In this document: positions 1 to 11,491 of the stretch, one piece after another
How positions within the stretch are numbered: the stretch's first letter is position 1
Layout of the letters: every line of letters starts with the position of its first letter
Translations under genes and position numbers: made by a program
The notes under the pieces: generated by a model
Seen by the model: only the letters and a program-made list of their open reading frames with translations
Told to the model about the DNA's origin: nothing
The model's database searches: none
Source of the DNA: Macrostomum lignano
Taxonomy: Eukaryota
DNA length: 64,000 nucleotides
NCBI GenBank assembly: GCA_002269645.1
Contig: NIVC01002128.1
Span: 124,001 to 188,000 of the forward strand
Direction: 5' to 3'

Positions 1-537
1 GCTAACAAAAATGCAAATGCGTTGCCTTCAATCAAATTGCTTGTACAATTATAGGAACCCAAATATAGAAACAGCCTAATTTTTTGCTAAGCCAGCTGAC
101 AGCAGATTTTATGCAGATATAGCAGCAATGGGCTACACGATTTAATGGCGAGAAATGCTTCCGTAGAACAAAATTTACAATTTTACAATTTTACGTAGAA
201 CAATTTTTCAAGGACAACACCCAGGGTACACAGAATGTGCATGTCTGACCTATTAGAAAATCAGGGTCGCTGTACACCCTGTGTAAGCCTGTGTATGAGT
301 GCATGACTGCGTTCAGTATTGGTGCTCTTATATGTTCTCAGAAGTCAGCGAAATGGCCTCAGCGCTAGTTATAAGACGATGTCACCGAAGTATTTGCGCC
401 AGGGTGCCCGTAAATCCTCCTGCGAATATGATTATTAGTACATTATTACGAGCCAATGCCTTGTCCCACCCACCTCACCTTGTGACTCATTGTGGTAATC
501 AATCATTTTTCTTTAGAGCGCCAAAATATAGCACATT

Positions 538-1015
538 TGGCGCCCAAAGGAGTGCCTGTGGCGCCCAAATGAGTGCCTGTGGCGCCCAAATGAGTGCCTG
601 TGGCGCCAAAAGGCGTGACTGCGGCTCTAAAAGGAATGCTTGCGGTGCCAAAATGAGTGCCTGCAGCGCCAAAATGAGTGCCTGCGGCGCCAAAAGGAGT
701 GCCTGCGGCGCTAAAAGGAATGCCTGCGGCGCCAACAAGAGTGCCTGCGCCGCCCTAAAGGAGTGTTTGCGGCGCCCAAATGAGTGCCTGTGGCGCCCAA
801 ATGAGTGCCTGTGGCGCCAAAAGGCGTGACTGCGGCTCTAAAAGGAATGCTTGCGGTGCCAAAATGAGTGCCTGCAGCGCCAAAATGAGTGCCTGCGCGC
901 CAAAAGGAGTGCCTGCGGCGCTAAAAGGAATGCCTGCGGCGCCAACAAGAGTGCCTGCGCCGCCCTAAAGGAGTGTTTGCGGCGCCAAAATGAGTGCCTG
1001 TGGCACCAAAATGAG
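538..1015 (+). repeat. 21-bp GC-rich minisatellite (ggcgccaaaatgagtgcctgc)
   Basis: Tandem 21-mers seen directly, with a higher-order internal duplication of roughly 230 bp. Confidence 0.95.
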
Positions 1016-1149
1016 CGCTGACAATACGATTCTCAAAACAGTGGAAATGTAGGAATTTAGTCATGTACATGTTGAATTCTTGGCTTTGTCGGCCCCAACC
1101 ATAAAATCAATGGGGACGCCAGTGAGCCAAGAACAACAATAATAATATA

Positions 1150-1463
1150 ATAATTGATTACACCTGCCTTAATGCAGGGCAGATGTGCAACCGACAGCTC
1201 AGCCAGAGCTATTGCACAGCGCATCTGAAAGCTGCATAAGGCTGTTCAGTCCAAGGACTGGGAGGTCGCCACACACACCCTCAATTACACCACAGCTAAT
1301 GCTGGCATCCATTTTACAGCTGTGGGTGAACTGAAGCAATGCAGAGTTAAGTGTCCTGCTCAAGGACACAAATCGTTCCAGTTAAGATCGGGAGTTGAAC
1401 CCCCGACCAGTGGTGAGAGCGGGAGTCCCAGCCAGACAAGTAGGTTTACAGCTACGGAAACCG
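1150..1463 (-). mobile_element. tRNA-derived SINE with CORE/Meta-like central domain (copy A)
   Basis: The minus strand reads A-box-like tagctg..., then B-box-like ggttcaactccc, then tgtgtccttgagcaggacacttaactctgcattgcttcagttcacccacagctgtaaaatgg, and ends in an (AAT/TAT)-rich tail. Confidence 0.75.
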
Positions 1464-2316
1464 GCAGTGCGGGTAAAAAGCTACATGTATTGTTGGATTA
1501 GTCAGTCTTCAAACTCATATGGCTCGCACGAACAATAAATTTTTGCCAAAAACATCGTTAAAAATAACCTCACTCTCAGAAACCATCCGGGTTTGACGGG
1601 GTAAAAAGTGAGTTTACTGCTTTGCTTTTTGCCTACCCATTTAGAAGAGAAAAGCTGCTCACGGGAGGAGGCTGAATGAATGACTGAGCATAGTGAGCAC
1701 GATTGTACGCCTAGGGAGAGAAAAGGGAACTTCGGTGTACAGGGATCGTTTGAGAGTACAATTGTACAGCCAGGTACGCTGTGGAGTAGACTGTTTATTC
1801 CTTGTCGGGCAGGATTTTCACGTGATTTTTAAAGTCGTCTAGCAACTGAGGGAAGATAATTAATTACCAGTGCGGGACCGCTCAACTGCAGCTGGATGCT
1901 CGCTTTTTTATTGTCGCAACTGTTTCCGTTGCTAAGGGAGACCTAAAAGTACCAGGCAGAGTGAGCGGAGTATAGCTTACATCGGATCTAGAACGCACCA
2001 TTGAAGTGCAGTGAGAGAATTGATAAGGGTAAGAAGAAGTCAAGGTAAGAAAGTACACTAGAGAGAAGGAGACAGCTAAGCTGGGAAATAAATCAGTGCT
2101 TCTCAATCAGAATTCTAAAGAAGGATCTTGAAATATTCAATAGCAGTAATTAAAAGAACGCTTGCTTAGCTACCTACTTTTACGTGAAGGATGCTGCTAA
2201 TATCGCAGAATTCCAAATACAAAATGCTTAGTGTGCAAGTATTCACTGAGAAGGATAGCAAGTACGTTTTATACAGTAAAAGATACGTGAGTCACTCTGT
2301 GCGCAGAGAAGCATCA

Positions 2317-2977
2317 ATGATGACAATGGCGTGCAGTCTACTGTCACTAACAGGTGAGTGAAAGGCTCCCAGAAATCGTCACCAATAAAAGTTTGCCATA
2401 AATATTTCGCATAGTAGAATTTCTAGTTTTTAACCAACCTCGTTGCAGCTCAAACTGAGGCTGTGAACTGCTCAACAGTCACCTGCTACAACGGCGGCAC
2501 CTGCAACAACTTTACAGCCAGCCCGCCCTGCCTCTGCCCGCTGCCCTACATCGCACCGTACTGCGAATCAGCTGCAGACTACTGCTTCACCCTGCAGCCT
2601 GACAAGGGCATCACTGAGCTGCCTGTGTGCCAGAATGGCGGCACCTGCACTCTGGCGTACACCGATCCGTACTTTACCTGTAGCTGTACAGGCCGTTATA
2701 CAGGTAATATATCTGAAACAGTAGCACTTCCTCTGTTTAGTAGAAAATTGGTCTTAAAAATCGATTGAATAAATTCAGGAACCCGTTGCCATTTGGAAAC
2801 TGCTCGTCTATCGAACCAAAACTCGACAGCGGTTCCCGGATTAAGTAAGTAGAATTGGTTACTCAGCGACTTGAGCGCAGAGTTCTGTAACTAAAGCGCT
2901 GCTTGCAAATTGCAGGTGTGATGTCACCAACCCTGCTAACTGGAATCTCTTTTTCCGGCATGTGGCTTCTGAGATAA
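2317..2977 (+). CDS. Small 2xEGF-like cell-surface/secreted protein (about 139 aa), probable GPI signal
   Basis: Exons 2317-2353, 2449-2703, 2779-2844 and 2916-2977 have GT-AG phase-1 introns and total 420 nt in frame. Splicing supplies the sixth Cys of EGF2 (CSCTGRYTG|TRC). The N-terminus is MMTMACSLLSLTAQTEA and the C-terminus is hydrophobic (VMSPTLLTGISFSGMWLLR*). An extra in-frame 5' exon (2224-2261) is possible. Confidence 0.8.
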
Positions 2978-3959
2978 ATCGCAAATCGCAATACGAGCTG
3001 ATGTTGCTTGCCGGATGAAATTAGACTTATAGAATCTAAAACGAAAGCAGATACTGTATATCATTTGGCACGTTGGAACTTTTATTTTTCACTAATAATA
3101 TTGTCATCATCTCGTAAGTCATGAATTTTATTTGATTTGCCATGTTTCCACATATTTAGATTTGTGCTGTGCTCTTTTTCTATTTTTTTTCTCGCTTAGA
3201 TTTTTACTGTCGGCTGAATCCAACAGTAAAAATTACAAAACAATAAAACTGTTTTGTTGTCCAGTTCAGCTAAATAACGCACAGTAGAATAAGCATCAAG
3301 CAACTCAAAGCTGCTTGGGAGCGTCCCACTGCCCCCACTGCTCTGGGTGAATTTTTCTTTACTAAAACACGGCTTGTAAATTACCAACACAATAAACGCG
3401 TCAAATACTTTCCCAGAGAAGCAACTTTCTGTGAGAGCGTTCGGTTTTATAACGCTTTTGACTATGCCAACTGTTTATATCAGTTCTGCAGTCTGCGCTA
3501 AACTTCCATTGAGACAAATTAACGGCTATTTTATTCATTTTTATGTCAGAAAACTAGGGCGAAATAACTTCTAATAAAATGGAAGAAAAAATTTTCTGCA
3601 ACGGAAATCTTTAGTATTCCAGAAAGAAAGAGATTTAAATGAGAAATATTAGCTCCAATCCGGAAGACAGTCGACATGCTAGCTAACAAAAATGCAAATG
3701 CGTTGCCTTGAATCAAATTGCTTAAGTGCATGACTGCGTTCAGTATTGGCGCTCTTATATGTGCTCAGAAGTCAGCAAAATGGCCTCAGCGATAGCTATG
3801 AGACGAGGACACCGAAATATTTGCGCCAGGGTGCCCGTAAACCCTCCTGTGAATATGATTATTATTACATTATTACGAGCCAATGCTTTGTCCCCCCACG
3901 CCTCACCCTGTGACTCATTGTGGTAATCAATAATTTTTCTTCAGGGGGTCAAAATAGCA

Positions 3960-5318
3960 CCTTCGGCGCACAAATGAGTGCCTGAGGCGCTAAAATGAGT
4001 GCCTGCGCCGCCCAAATGAATGCCTGCGGCGCTAAAAGGAGTGCCTGCTGCGCCAAAATGAATGCCTGCGGGCGCTAAAAGAAGTGCCTGCGGCGCTAAA
4101 AGGAGTGCCTGCTGCGCCAAAATGAATGCCTACGGGCGCTAAAAGGAGTGCCTGCGGCGCCAAAATGAGTGCCTGCGGCGCTAAAAGGAGTGCCTGCGGC
4201 GCCAAAATGAGTGCCTGCGCCGCCCAAATGAGTGCCTGCGGCGCCAAAATGAATGCCTGCGGGCGCTAAAAGGAGTGCCTGCGGCGCCAAAATGAGTGCC
4301 TGCGGCGCTAAAAGGAGTGCCTGCGGCGCCAAAATGAATGCCTGCGGGCGCTAAAAGGAGTGCCTGCGGCGCCAAAATTAGTGCCTGCGGCGCTAAAAGG
4401 AGTGCCTGCGGCGCCAAAATGAGTGCCTGCGGCGCTAAAAGGAGTGCCTGCGCCGCCCAAATGAATGCCTGCGGCGCTAAAAGGAGTGCCTGCTGCGCCA
4501 AAATGAATGCCTACGGGCGCTAAAAGGAGTGCCTGCGGCGCCAAAATGAATGCCTGCGGGCGCTAAAAGGAGTGCCTTCGGCGCCAAAATGAGTGCCTGC
4601 GGCGCTAAAATGAGTGCCTGCGCCGCCCAAATGAGTGCCTGCGGGCGCTAAAAGGAGTGCCTGCGGCGCCAAAATGAGTGCCTGCGGCGCCAAAATGAGT
4701 GCCTGCGGCGCCAAAATGAGTGCCTGCGGCGCTAAAAGGAGTGCCTGCGGCGCCAAAATGAGTGCCTGCGGCGCTAAAAGGAGTGCCTGCGCCGCCCAAA
4801 TGAATGCCTGCGGCGCTAAAAGGAGTGCCTGCGGCGCCAAAATGAATGCCTGCGGGCGCTAAAAGGAGTGCCTGCGGCGCCAAAATGAGTGCCTGCGGCG
4901 CTAAAAGGAGTGCCTGCGGCGCCAAAATTAGTGCCTGCGGCGCTAAAAGGAGTGCCTTCGGCGCCAAAATGAGTGCCTGCGGCGCTAAAAGGAGTGCCTG
5001 CGGCGCCAAAATGAATGCCTGCGGGCGCTAAAAGGAGTGCCTGCGGCGCCAAAATGAGTGCCTGCGGCGCTAAAAGGAGTGCCTGCGGCGCCAAAATGAG
5101 TGCCTGCGGCGCTAAAAGGAGTGCCTGCGGCGCCAAAATGAGTGCCTGCGGCGCTAAAAGGAGTGCCTGCGCCGCCCAAATGAATGCCTGCGGCGCTAAA
5201 AGGAGTGCCTGCGGCGCCAAAATGAATGCCTGCGGGCGCTAAAAGGAGTGCCTGCGGCGCCAAAATGAGTGCCTGCGGCGCTAAAAGGAGTGCCTGCGGC
5301 GCCAAAATGAGTGCCTGT
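3960..5318 (+). repeat. 21-bp GC-rich minisatellite, expanded copy (about 1.35 kb)
   Basis: Alternating ggcgccaaaatgagtgcctgc and ggcgctaaaaggagtgcctgc units. Confidence 0.97.
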
Positions 5319-5417
5319 ACAAAATTTAATCCTGTACATGTTGAATTCTTGGCTTTGTCCCCTTCACCATAAAATCCATGGCGACGCCAGTGAGCCAGTA
5401 ACAGCAATAGTAAAATA

Positions 5418-5716
5418 ATAATTGATTACACCTGCCCTAATGGACAGATGTGCAACCGACAGCTCAGCCGCAGCTATTGCACGGCGCATCTGAAGGCTGC
5501 GTACGGCTGTTCAAGGACTGGGGTCGCCACACACACCCTCAATTACCCCAGCTAATGCTGGCACCCATTTTACAGCTGGGTGAACTGAAGCAATGCAGAG
5601 TTAGGTGTCTTGCTCAAGGACACAAATCGTTTCAGTTAAGATCGGGAGTCGAACCCCCGACCAGTGATTAGAGCGGGAGTCCGAGCCAGACGAGTACGCT
5701 TGCAGCTATGGGAACC
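5418..5716 (-). mobile_element. tRNA-derived SINE with CORE/Meta-like central domain (copy B)
   Basis: Minus strand: catagctgcaagcg (A-box-like), ggttcgactccc (B box GGTTCGANTCC), then tgtgtccttgagcaagacacctaactctgcattgcttcagttcacccagctgtaaaatgggtgcc, then an AT-rich tail. Confidence 0.8.
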
Positions 5717-6565
5717 GGCAGTACGGGTAAAAAGCTGCATGTATTGTCGGATTAGCCAGTCTTCAAACTCATATGGCTCGCACGAGCATTAAATTTTTGC
5801 CAAAAACATCGTTAAAAATAACCTCACTCTCAGAAACCATCCGGGTTTGACGGGGTAAAAAATGATACAGTTTACTGCTTTGCTTTTCGCCTACCCATTT
5901 GGAAGAGAAAAGCTGCTCACGGGAGGAGGCTGAATGAATGACTGAGCATAGTGAGCACGATTGTACGCCTAGGGAGAGAAAAGGGAACTTCGGTGTACAG
6001 GGATCGTTTGAGAGTACAATTGTACAGCCAGGTACGCTGTGGAGTAGACTGTTTATTCCTTGTCGGGCAGGATTTTCACGTGATTTTTAAAGTTGTCTAG
6101 CAACTGAGGGAAGATAATTAATTACCAGTGCGGGACCGCTCAACTGCAGCTGGATGCTCGCTTTTTTATTGTCGCAACTGTTTCCGTTGCTAAGGGAGAC
6201 CTAAAAGTACCAGGCAGAGTGAGCGGAGTATAGCTTACATCGGATCTAGAGCATTAAAGAGAAATATAAGGATATACTCTGCAGTTACTGTAGACTGCTC
6301 TTCTACACTTTATAAACCAAATCAACAGGGAAGAGTAGCATACACGTACTATTTTATTCTTATTTAAAATTAGGCTTGCAATTACTACTGCTTATAGCTC
6401 ATAAGTAGTAAACTAGTTTTTTAACTTAACAAGCTCATGATTCTGACTGCTCTCAATATTTTGTAATGTAGCTGTTAACAGTTTTGAACTTTGTTTTCTG
6501 AATCGTAATTTCACGAATTCCGTTTTTAATCTCTGTGATGTCACTCTGAGAAATGTCACTTAGGC

Positions 6566-7720
6566 GTCACTGTGGTGTCAGAAGAGTCACTGCGGTGTCA
6601 GAAGAGTCACTGTGATGTCAAAAGAGTCACTTTGGTGTCAGAAGAGTCACTATGGTGATAAAAGAGTCACTTTGGTTTCAGAAGAGTCACTATGGTGATA
6701 AAAGAGTCACTTTGGTGTCAGAAGAGTCACTATGGTGATAAAAGAGTCACTTTGGTGTCAGAAGAGTCACTATGGTGATAAAAGAGTCACTTTGGTGTCA
6801 GAAGAGTCACTATGGTGATAAAAGAGTCACTTTGGTTTCAGAAGAGTCACTATGGTGATAAAAGAGTCACTTTGGTGTCAGAAGAGTCACTGTGATGTCA
6901 AAAGAGTCACTTTGGTGTCAGAAGAGTCACTATGGTGATAAAAGAGTCACTTTGGTTTCAGAAGAGCCACTGTGGTGATAAAAGAGTCACTTCGGTGTCA
7001 GAAGAGTCACTATGGTGATAAAAGAGTCACTTTGGTGTCAGAAGAGTCACTATGGTGATAAAAGAGTCACTTTGGTTTCAGAAGAGTCACTATGGTGATA
7101 AAAGAGTCACTTTGGTGTCAGAAGAGTCACTGTGATGTCAGAAGAGTCACTTTGGTGTCAGAAGAGCCACTGTGGTGATAAAAGAGTCACTTTGGTTTCA
7201 GAAGAGTCACTTTGGTTTCAGAAGAGTCACTATGGTGATAAAAGAGTCACTTTGGTGTCAGAAGAGTCACTATGGTGATAAAAGAGTCACTTTGGTGTCA
7301 GAAGAGTCACTATGGTGATAAAAGAGTCACTATGGTGTCAGAAGAGTCACTATGGTGTCAGAAGAGTCACTATGGTGTCAGAAGAGTCACTATGGTGTCA
7401 GAAGAGTCACTTTGGTGTCAGAAGAGTCACTGTAGTGTCAGAAGAGTCACTGTGGTGTCAGAAGAGCCACTGTGGTGTCAGAAGAGCCACTGTGGTGTCA
7501 GAAGAGTCACTATGGTGATAAAAGACTCACTTTGGTTTCAGAAGAGCCACTGTGGTGTCAGAAGAGTCACTATGGTGATAAAAGACTCACTTTGGTTTCA
7601 GAAGAGTCACTGTAGTGTCAGAAGAGTCACTGTGGTGTCAGAAGAGCCACTGTGGTGTCAGAAGAGTCACTGTGGTGTCAGAAGAGTCACTGTAGTGACA
7701 GAAGAGCCGCTTTGGGTCAT
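6566..7720 (+). repeat. 20-bp minisatellite (gtcactatggtgtcagaaga) with 40-bp dimer higher-order structure
   Basis: 20-nt register visible line by line; ...gtgataaaagagtcac and ...gtgtcagaagagtcac units alternate over about 6650-7320. Confidence 0.97.
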
Positions 7721-8505
7721 TTTTAAAGCGTAATTTTTAGCGTCACTGTGGTGTCAGAAGCAGCAATTTGGTTGTTATTGGAGCCACAGTTAGAGTTGCA
7801 CTGAGTACTTTGACAACCTGGTCTACAAGCACTATTTTATCCGACGGAAAATTCCCCAACCCTCTACCGTAAACAATTTAAGGTCTCGATTTCTGCTACA
7901 GTTGCAGCAATTCTCCTGATTCGCCCACAGCTGCTTTGGTTCCATCAAACTGCGCAGTTGAAGGCTGAACAACAGAGGAGAAAGCGGAAAGTTAAATGAA
8001 TTGCGCTGGCGATCCTAGTAGAGACTGTTGGGGACGCAAAGCAGATAGCGAGGCGCGCAGAATGCGGATAATACCAATTTTTGACGAATGACTGCGCGTT
8101 TTCTAGCGTAGCAATGAAGATAGGCTTTCCCGATAGAGCGATAGAGGATTATTTAGGCTGTACTGGGTCTGACAAAAGCATTCTTCCTTCTCCGCAACAA
8201 CCGGCTTTGCCGAGGGTTTGCTTCTCTGCCGGGATGTCAGCTAGAAGGCAAACTGGTTAGGCAGTGGTTGCAAAGCCCACAGACGTAATACTCGTAAAAG
8301 GAAGAAAACACTGGGAGAGGGGGTGTTTTACGACTTATGAGCGATATTTTCTGCAATAAAATGTTTCTACATTAGCCATGATTCATTCATGCTTGAAATG
8401 CTTGAAAATGATTCGTTTAGTTTCTGGAAGTATTCAGCCACGAAGGGATTTGCTAAACTTCCCGAATGCATATTACGTAGTTGCGTAGGAACAGACGTAG
8501 AGGCA

Positions 8506-8823
8506 ATGGAACTTCCGCAATATCAGCAGTTCGTCTTGCTTGTCGGTCTGGTTCCTGTCGTGCAAGGGCATCTGTCGTGCCTGACCGCAGGGAGGGTCGC
8601 GTTGTTTCAAGCCATGGGCATGGTCGAGACCGTCCTGCAACATGTCAAGCAGGTTGACGCTGCGCAAACTGACCTGCGGCGCGCCGCCTTCAAGATTGTC
8701 GATGAACGAGTCACTAGTGCGGCACTTGATGGCTGTGCGTCGGCAAAGCGACATTGTTGCTCCGTCGGCGACTCAAAGTGGCAGGCCACATCATCCACTG
8801 TTTGCGACCTGCTGACCTGCTGA
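8506..8823 (+). CDS. Putative small secreted Cys-rich protein (105 aa)
   Basis: GC-rich ORF in AT-richer flanks. Signal-peptide-like MELPQYQQFVLLVGLVPVVQG, 6 Cys, and RR and KR dibasic sites. No homology recognised. Confidence 0.45.
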   Translation: MELPQYQQFVLLVGLVPVVQGHLSCLTAGRVALFQAMGMVETVLQHVKQVDAAQTDLRRAAFKIVDERVTSAALDGCASAKRHCCSVGDSKWQATSSTVCDLLTC

Positions 8824-9299
8824 CTCGTATGTTCTTAGATTTTATCTGTGAGCCGTGATGGAACTATATTATAGGGAGCGGAGATTAATTTCTCCGCCGG
8901 AGATAAACTGGCGCTAGAATTCCGTTGTCTATGGTAGCGGAGATGAGCTATTCATAACTTCCGCAAGTCTTATCACAATGGAATACAGACAAGGCGAACA
9001 GGCAGAGTGAATTGTATTTTAGTAAGAGACAGGCTTACTTTGTCGGGGCTTCAAGGTCCTTTGTAAAGGACTTCTGTATATAGCATCTGTATATAAATCT
9101 GTAAGGCTATATTTAGAAGTCCCTCCCTTAGTCTTTTAAATGCTGAGTTGTTTAGGATTTTTTTTAACATAGACAAATCGATTCTCTATAAGTTTAGGTT
9201 TGTTATTATGTCAGAACGATTTTAATAAGCCTAGGATCAACTTGACCTGAAGGATGCTATATAACATTACTGTTTTAAAACGCCCAATCTGGATCGCGA

Positions 9300-9599
9300 A
9301 TGAAAGACCACCAGCTGCCACTGCTGTTAACTTTGGCAACATTCGCCACGATCTTCATGCTCGTCGCTGTGCAATTCTTCTGCGCCGTGCTGATTCGCAA
9401 TCGCAGACAAGCTGCGCTGCGCCTGTTGCGTCGAAAGTTGCGCTTAATGCGGATGCAGATGACCCTGGCGGAGCTGATCGCCTCTGTGCCGCAAAGGAGG
9501 CAGGAGTACCTGCGCACCTTTGCCGAACTGGCTCAACGAATGCGCGAATGCAATGCGCACCTGCTGAATTCGATCAAGCCGGAGTCGGACGGTGTCTGA
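9300..9599 (+). CDS. Putative small single-pass membrane protein (99 aa)
   Basis: Hydrophobic LPLLLTLATFATIFMLVAVQFFCAVLI followed by a basic RNRR..RLLRRK stretch and an amphipathic helical tail. Coding-like GC-rich codons in AT-rich flanks. Confidence 0.55.
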   Translation: MKDHQLPLLLTLATFATIFMLVAVQFFCAVLIRNRRQAALRLLRRKLRLMRMQMTLAELIASVPQRRQEYLRTFAELAQRMRECNAHLLNSIKPESDGV

Positions 9600-10285
9600 T
9601 TTGGGTCGTTGTTGCTGCTTGCCCAAGCAGATTGAAATCAGAGCAAATTTGATCTGGAGTTAACGAAATTACTAACTGCAAATTTTTTATCTTGCGTTGA
9701 CCTTCAATTAACTTTTATGTGGGTCTTTGCATTGGAAGAAACCAAATTTGACCACTTCCCCATAATCACCTATCCTGATGAGTCATGAGGAGGATTGACC
9801 TAACATTTATGGCATCAACCTGTCCAGAGGAACCTACATACTGGGGAATACGATTCAGACCATAATTTCAACAACTTTACTGAACTGTCAGATTATGGAT
9901 TCGAATAAACGTTGGTTATCGACTAATGATGGCGCTAGTATTGAAAGCAAATTAAAATTATACCCATATGTAACATTACTTAACTTATTCATTCGGACGA
10001 TGATTCACCAATCACCTCTGGCTATTCGTTGTTTGATTGATCCAAAACTGAAAAAAAAACGAACTTGTTCAATCAGTTCGTTATATCAAGTAAGAAGTTG
10101 AAAAATTGAATTTTATAACCAGTAATTTCAGAAGTTACAGCATGATTAATAATTAATTAGGTTCAATATAAGAGGGAGATGCTGCCATTGTCCGAAATGT
10201 AACAGTTAAAAATTCCTTTGTCAAATGCCACTATTGGACTGGCAATGTCTGTGTAGAATCGTCCGAAATCCCAGTTTCATAAACT

Positions 10286-10442
10286 AGTCTGCAGTGACAA
10301 TAGTCTGCAGTGACAATAGTCTGCAGTGACAATAGTCTGCAGTGACAATAGCCTACAGTGACAATAGCCTGCAGTAGCAATAGCCTGCAGTGACAATAGT
10401 CTGCAGTGACAATAGCCTGCAGTGACAATAGCTTGCAGTGAA
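10286..10442 (+). repeat. 16-bp minisatellite (tagtctgcagtgacaa)
   Basis: About 9-10 tandem units. Confidence 0.9.
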
Positions 10443-11491
10443 TTTTAGATTATTATACAGTCACTGCCAGTCTAAACGCGATCACCTCGATATGGAACCA
10501 CCATTCAAATAAACGGCTTGCATTTAGTTTAATTTGACTCAATTTTTATTTGAACCCTTGAAAACGATAAAAAAGAATCACAGCTCGTAGACTTTACTTC
10601 TAAAGAAAAACTTCCCAGACAGACTTCAGTCTGGATAGGATCAAAACATTAAGCGTAGAAATATCTTAGTGATGCTGCTATGCCGCTGAAGTTGCGGAGC
10701 AGCAGAGGCCTGGGATGGCAAGATTCGACTGTAGGAAAGGCACTCGACAGTGTCAGAGGGATGGTGGAGGAAGCCCGGGCTAACCGGATCCAATTAGTGG
10801 GGCCCAGTAGCTGTGTGTGTAGCGGCTTGCTGGCTGGTAGGGAAGGAATGAGGAATCTTTCAAACTGCCAGAAAGGCATTTCTTTGAAAATGTCAAGGGA
10901 AGGGAGAGGGAACATTATAGGCGGTTGGTGAGGGGCTCGGCGCGGGCGCTCGGAAAGATTAAAGGGTTTTGTTGGCATACCGGGCCGCGCGGGAGGGCCC
11001 GCCTGCCGGGACCACCGACTGGCCTTCACCTTTTTAGCTTCGGAATCAGCCCGAAGAGCGATGGGGGTGGGTGGCTGGCAGACTGCGCGGTCGGCCTCTC
11101 GTGTGCCTTTCTCCCTTGTTTATGACTGCTGGCACGAAGGAGGCGCTCCGTTTCCCTGCCGGGCGAAGCCTGCAGCAGCGGTTTTTTGATGGGAGGGAAA
11201 TAGAAGAATGAGTGCCCGAAGGATTATCGATTTTGCCTTCATCCACTACCAGCAGCAGCAAGCAGCTTCCCCAGGCCTTATCGCTGCTGGTTCATCGCTG
11301 GCCGCCCTCAGCGAAAACACACACCGGTGCCTCCCCAACCCGCTCGCAAAACAAGCTTTCGCCTCAAATGTTGGTCGAACGTTTTCGGAGAGGAGGTAGA
11401 AAATTGATGAATCCGAAGCTCTGGCCCGAATTTCGGCCACTCCAGGATGCGATCGTTCTTTGCCTGATTTCACTCCGCCTTCCAGCCATTA

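Larger units (their letters stand above)
1..1992 (+). repeat. Long direct repeat, copy A (left end probably outside the window)
   Basis: gctaacaaaaatgcaaatgcg at 1 recurs at 3682. Colinearity continues through the minisatellite, the SINE and unique sequence to ...acatcggatctaga (1992 vs 6250). Confidence 0.95.
3682..6250 (+). repeat. Long direct repeat, copy B
   Basis: Matches 1-1992, lacks about 254 bp (44-297 of copy A), carries an expanded minisatellite and ends abruptly at ggatctaga. Confidence 0.95.

Noticed and set aside
299-5407. Numerous ORFs of the type GAKMSAC / APQALLL
   Set aside because: These are translations of the 21-bp minisatellite, open because the unit length is a multiple of 3; there is no other coding evidence.
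5640-5716. tRNA gene
   Set aside because: It has A/B-box-like motifs but no convincing cloverleaf and continues into a SINE body, so it was called a SINE head.
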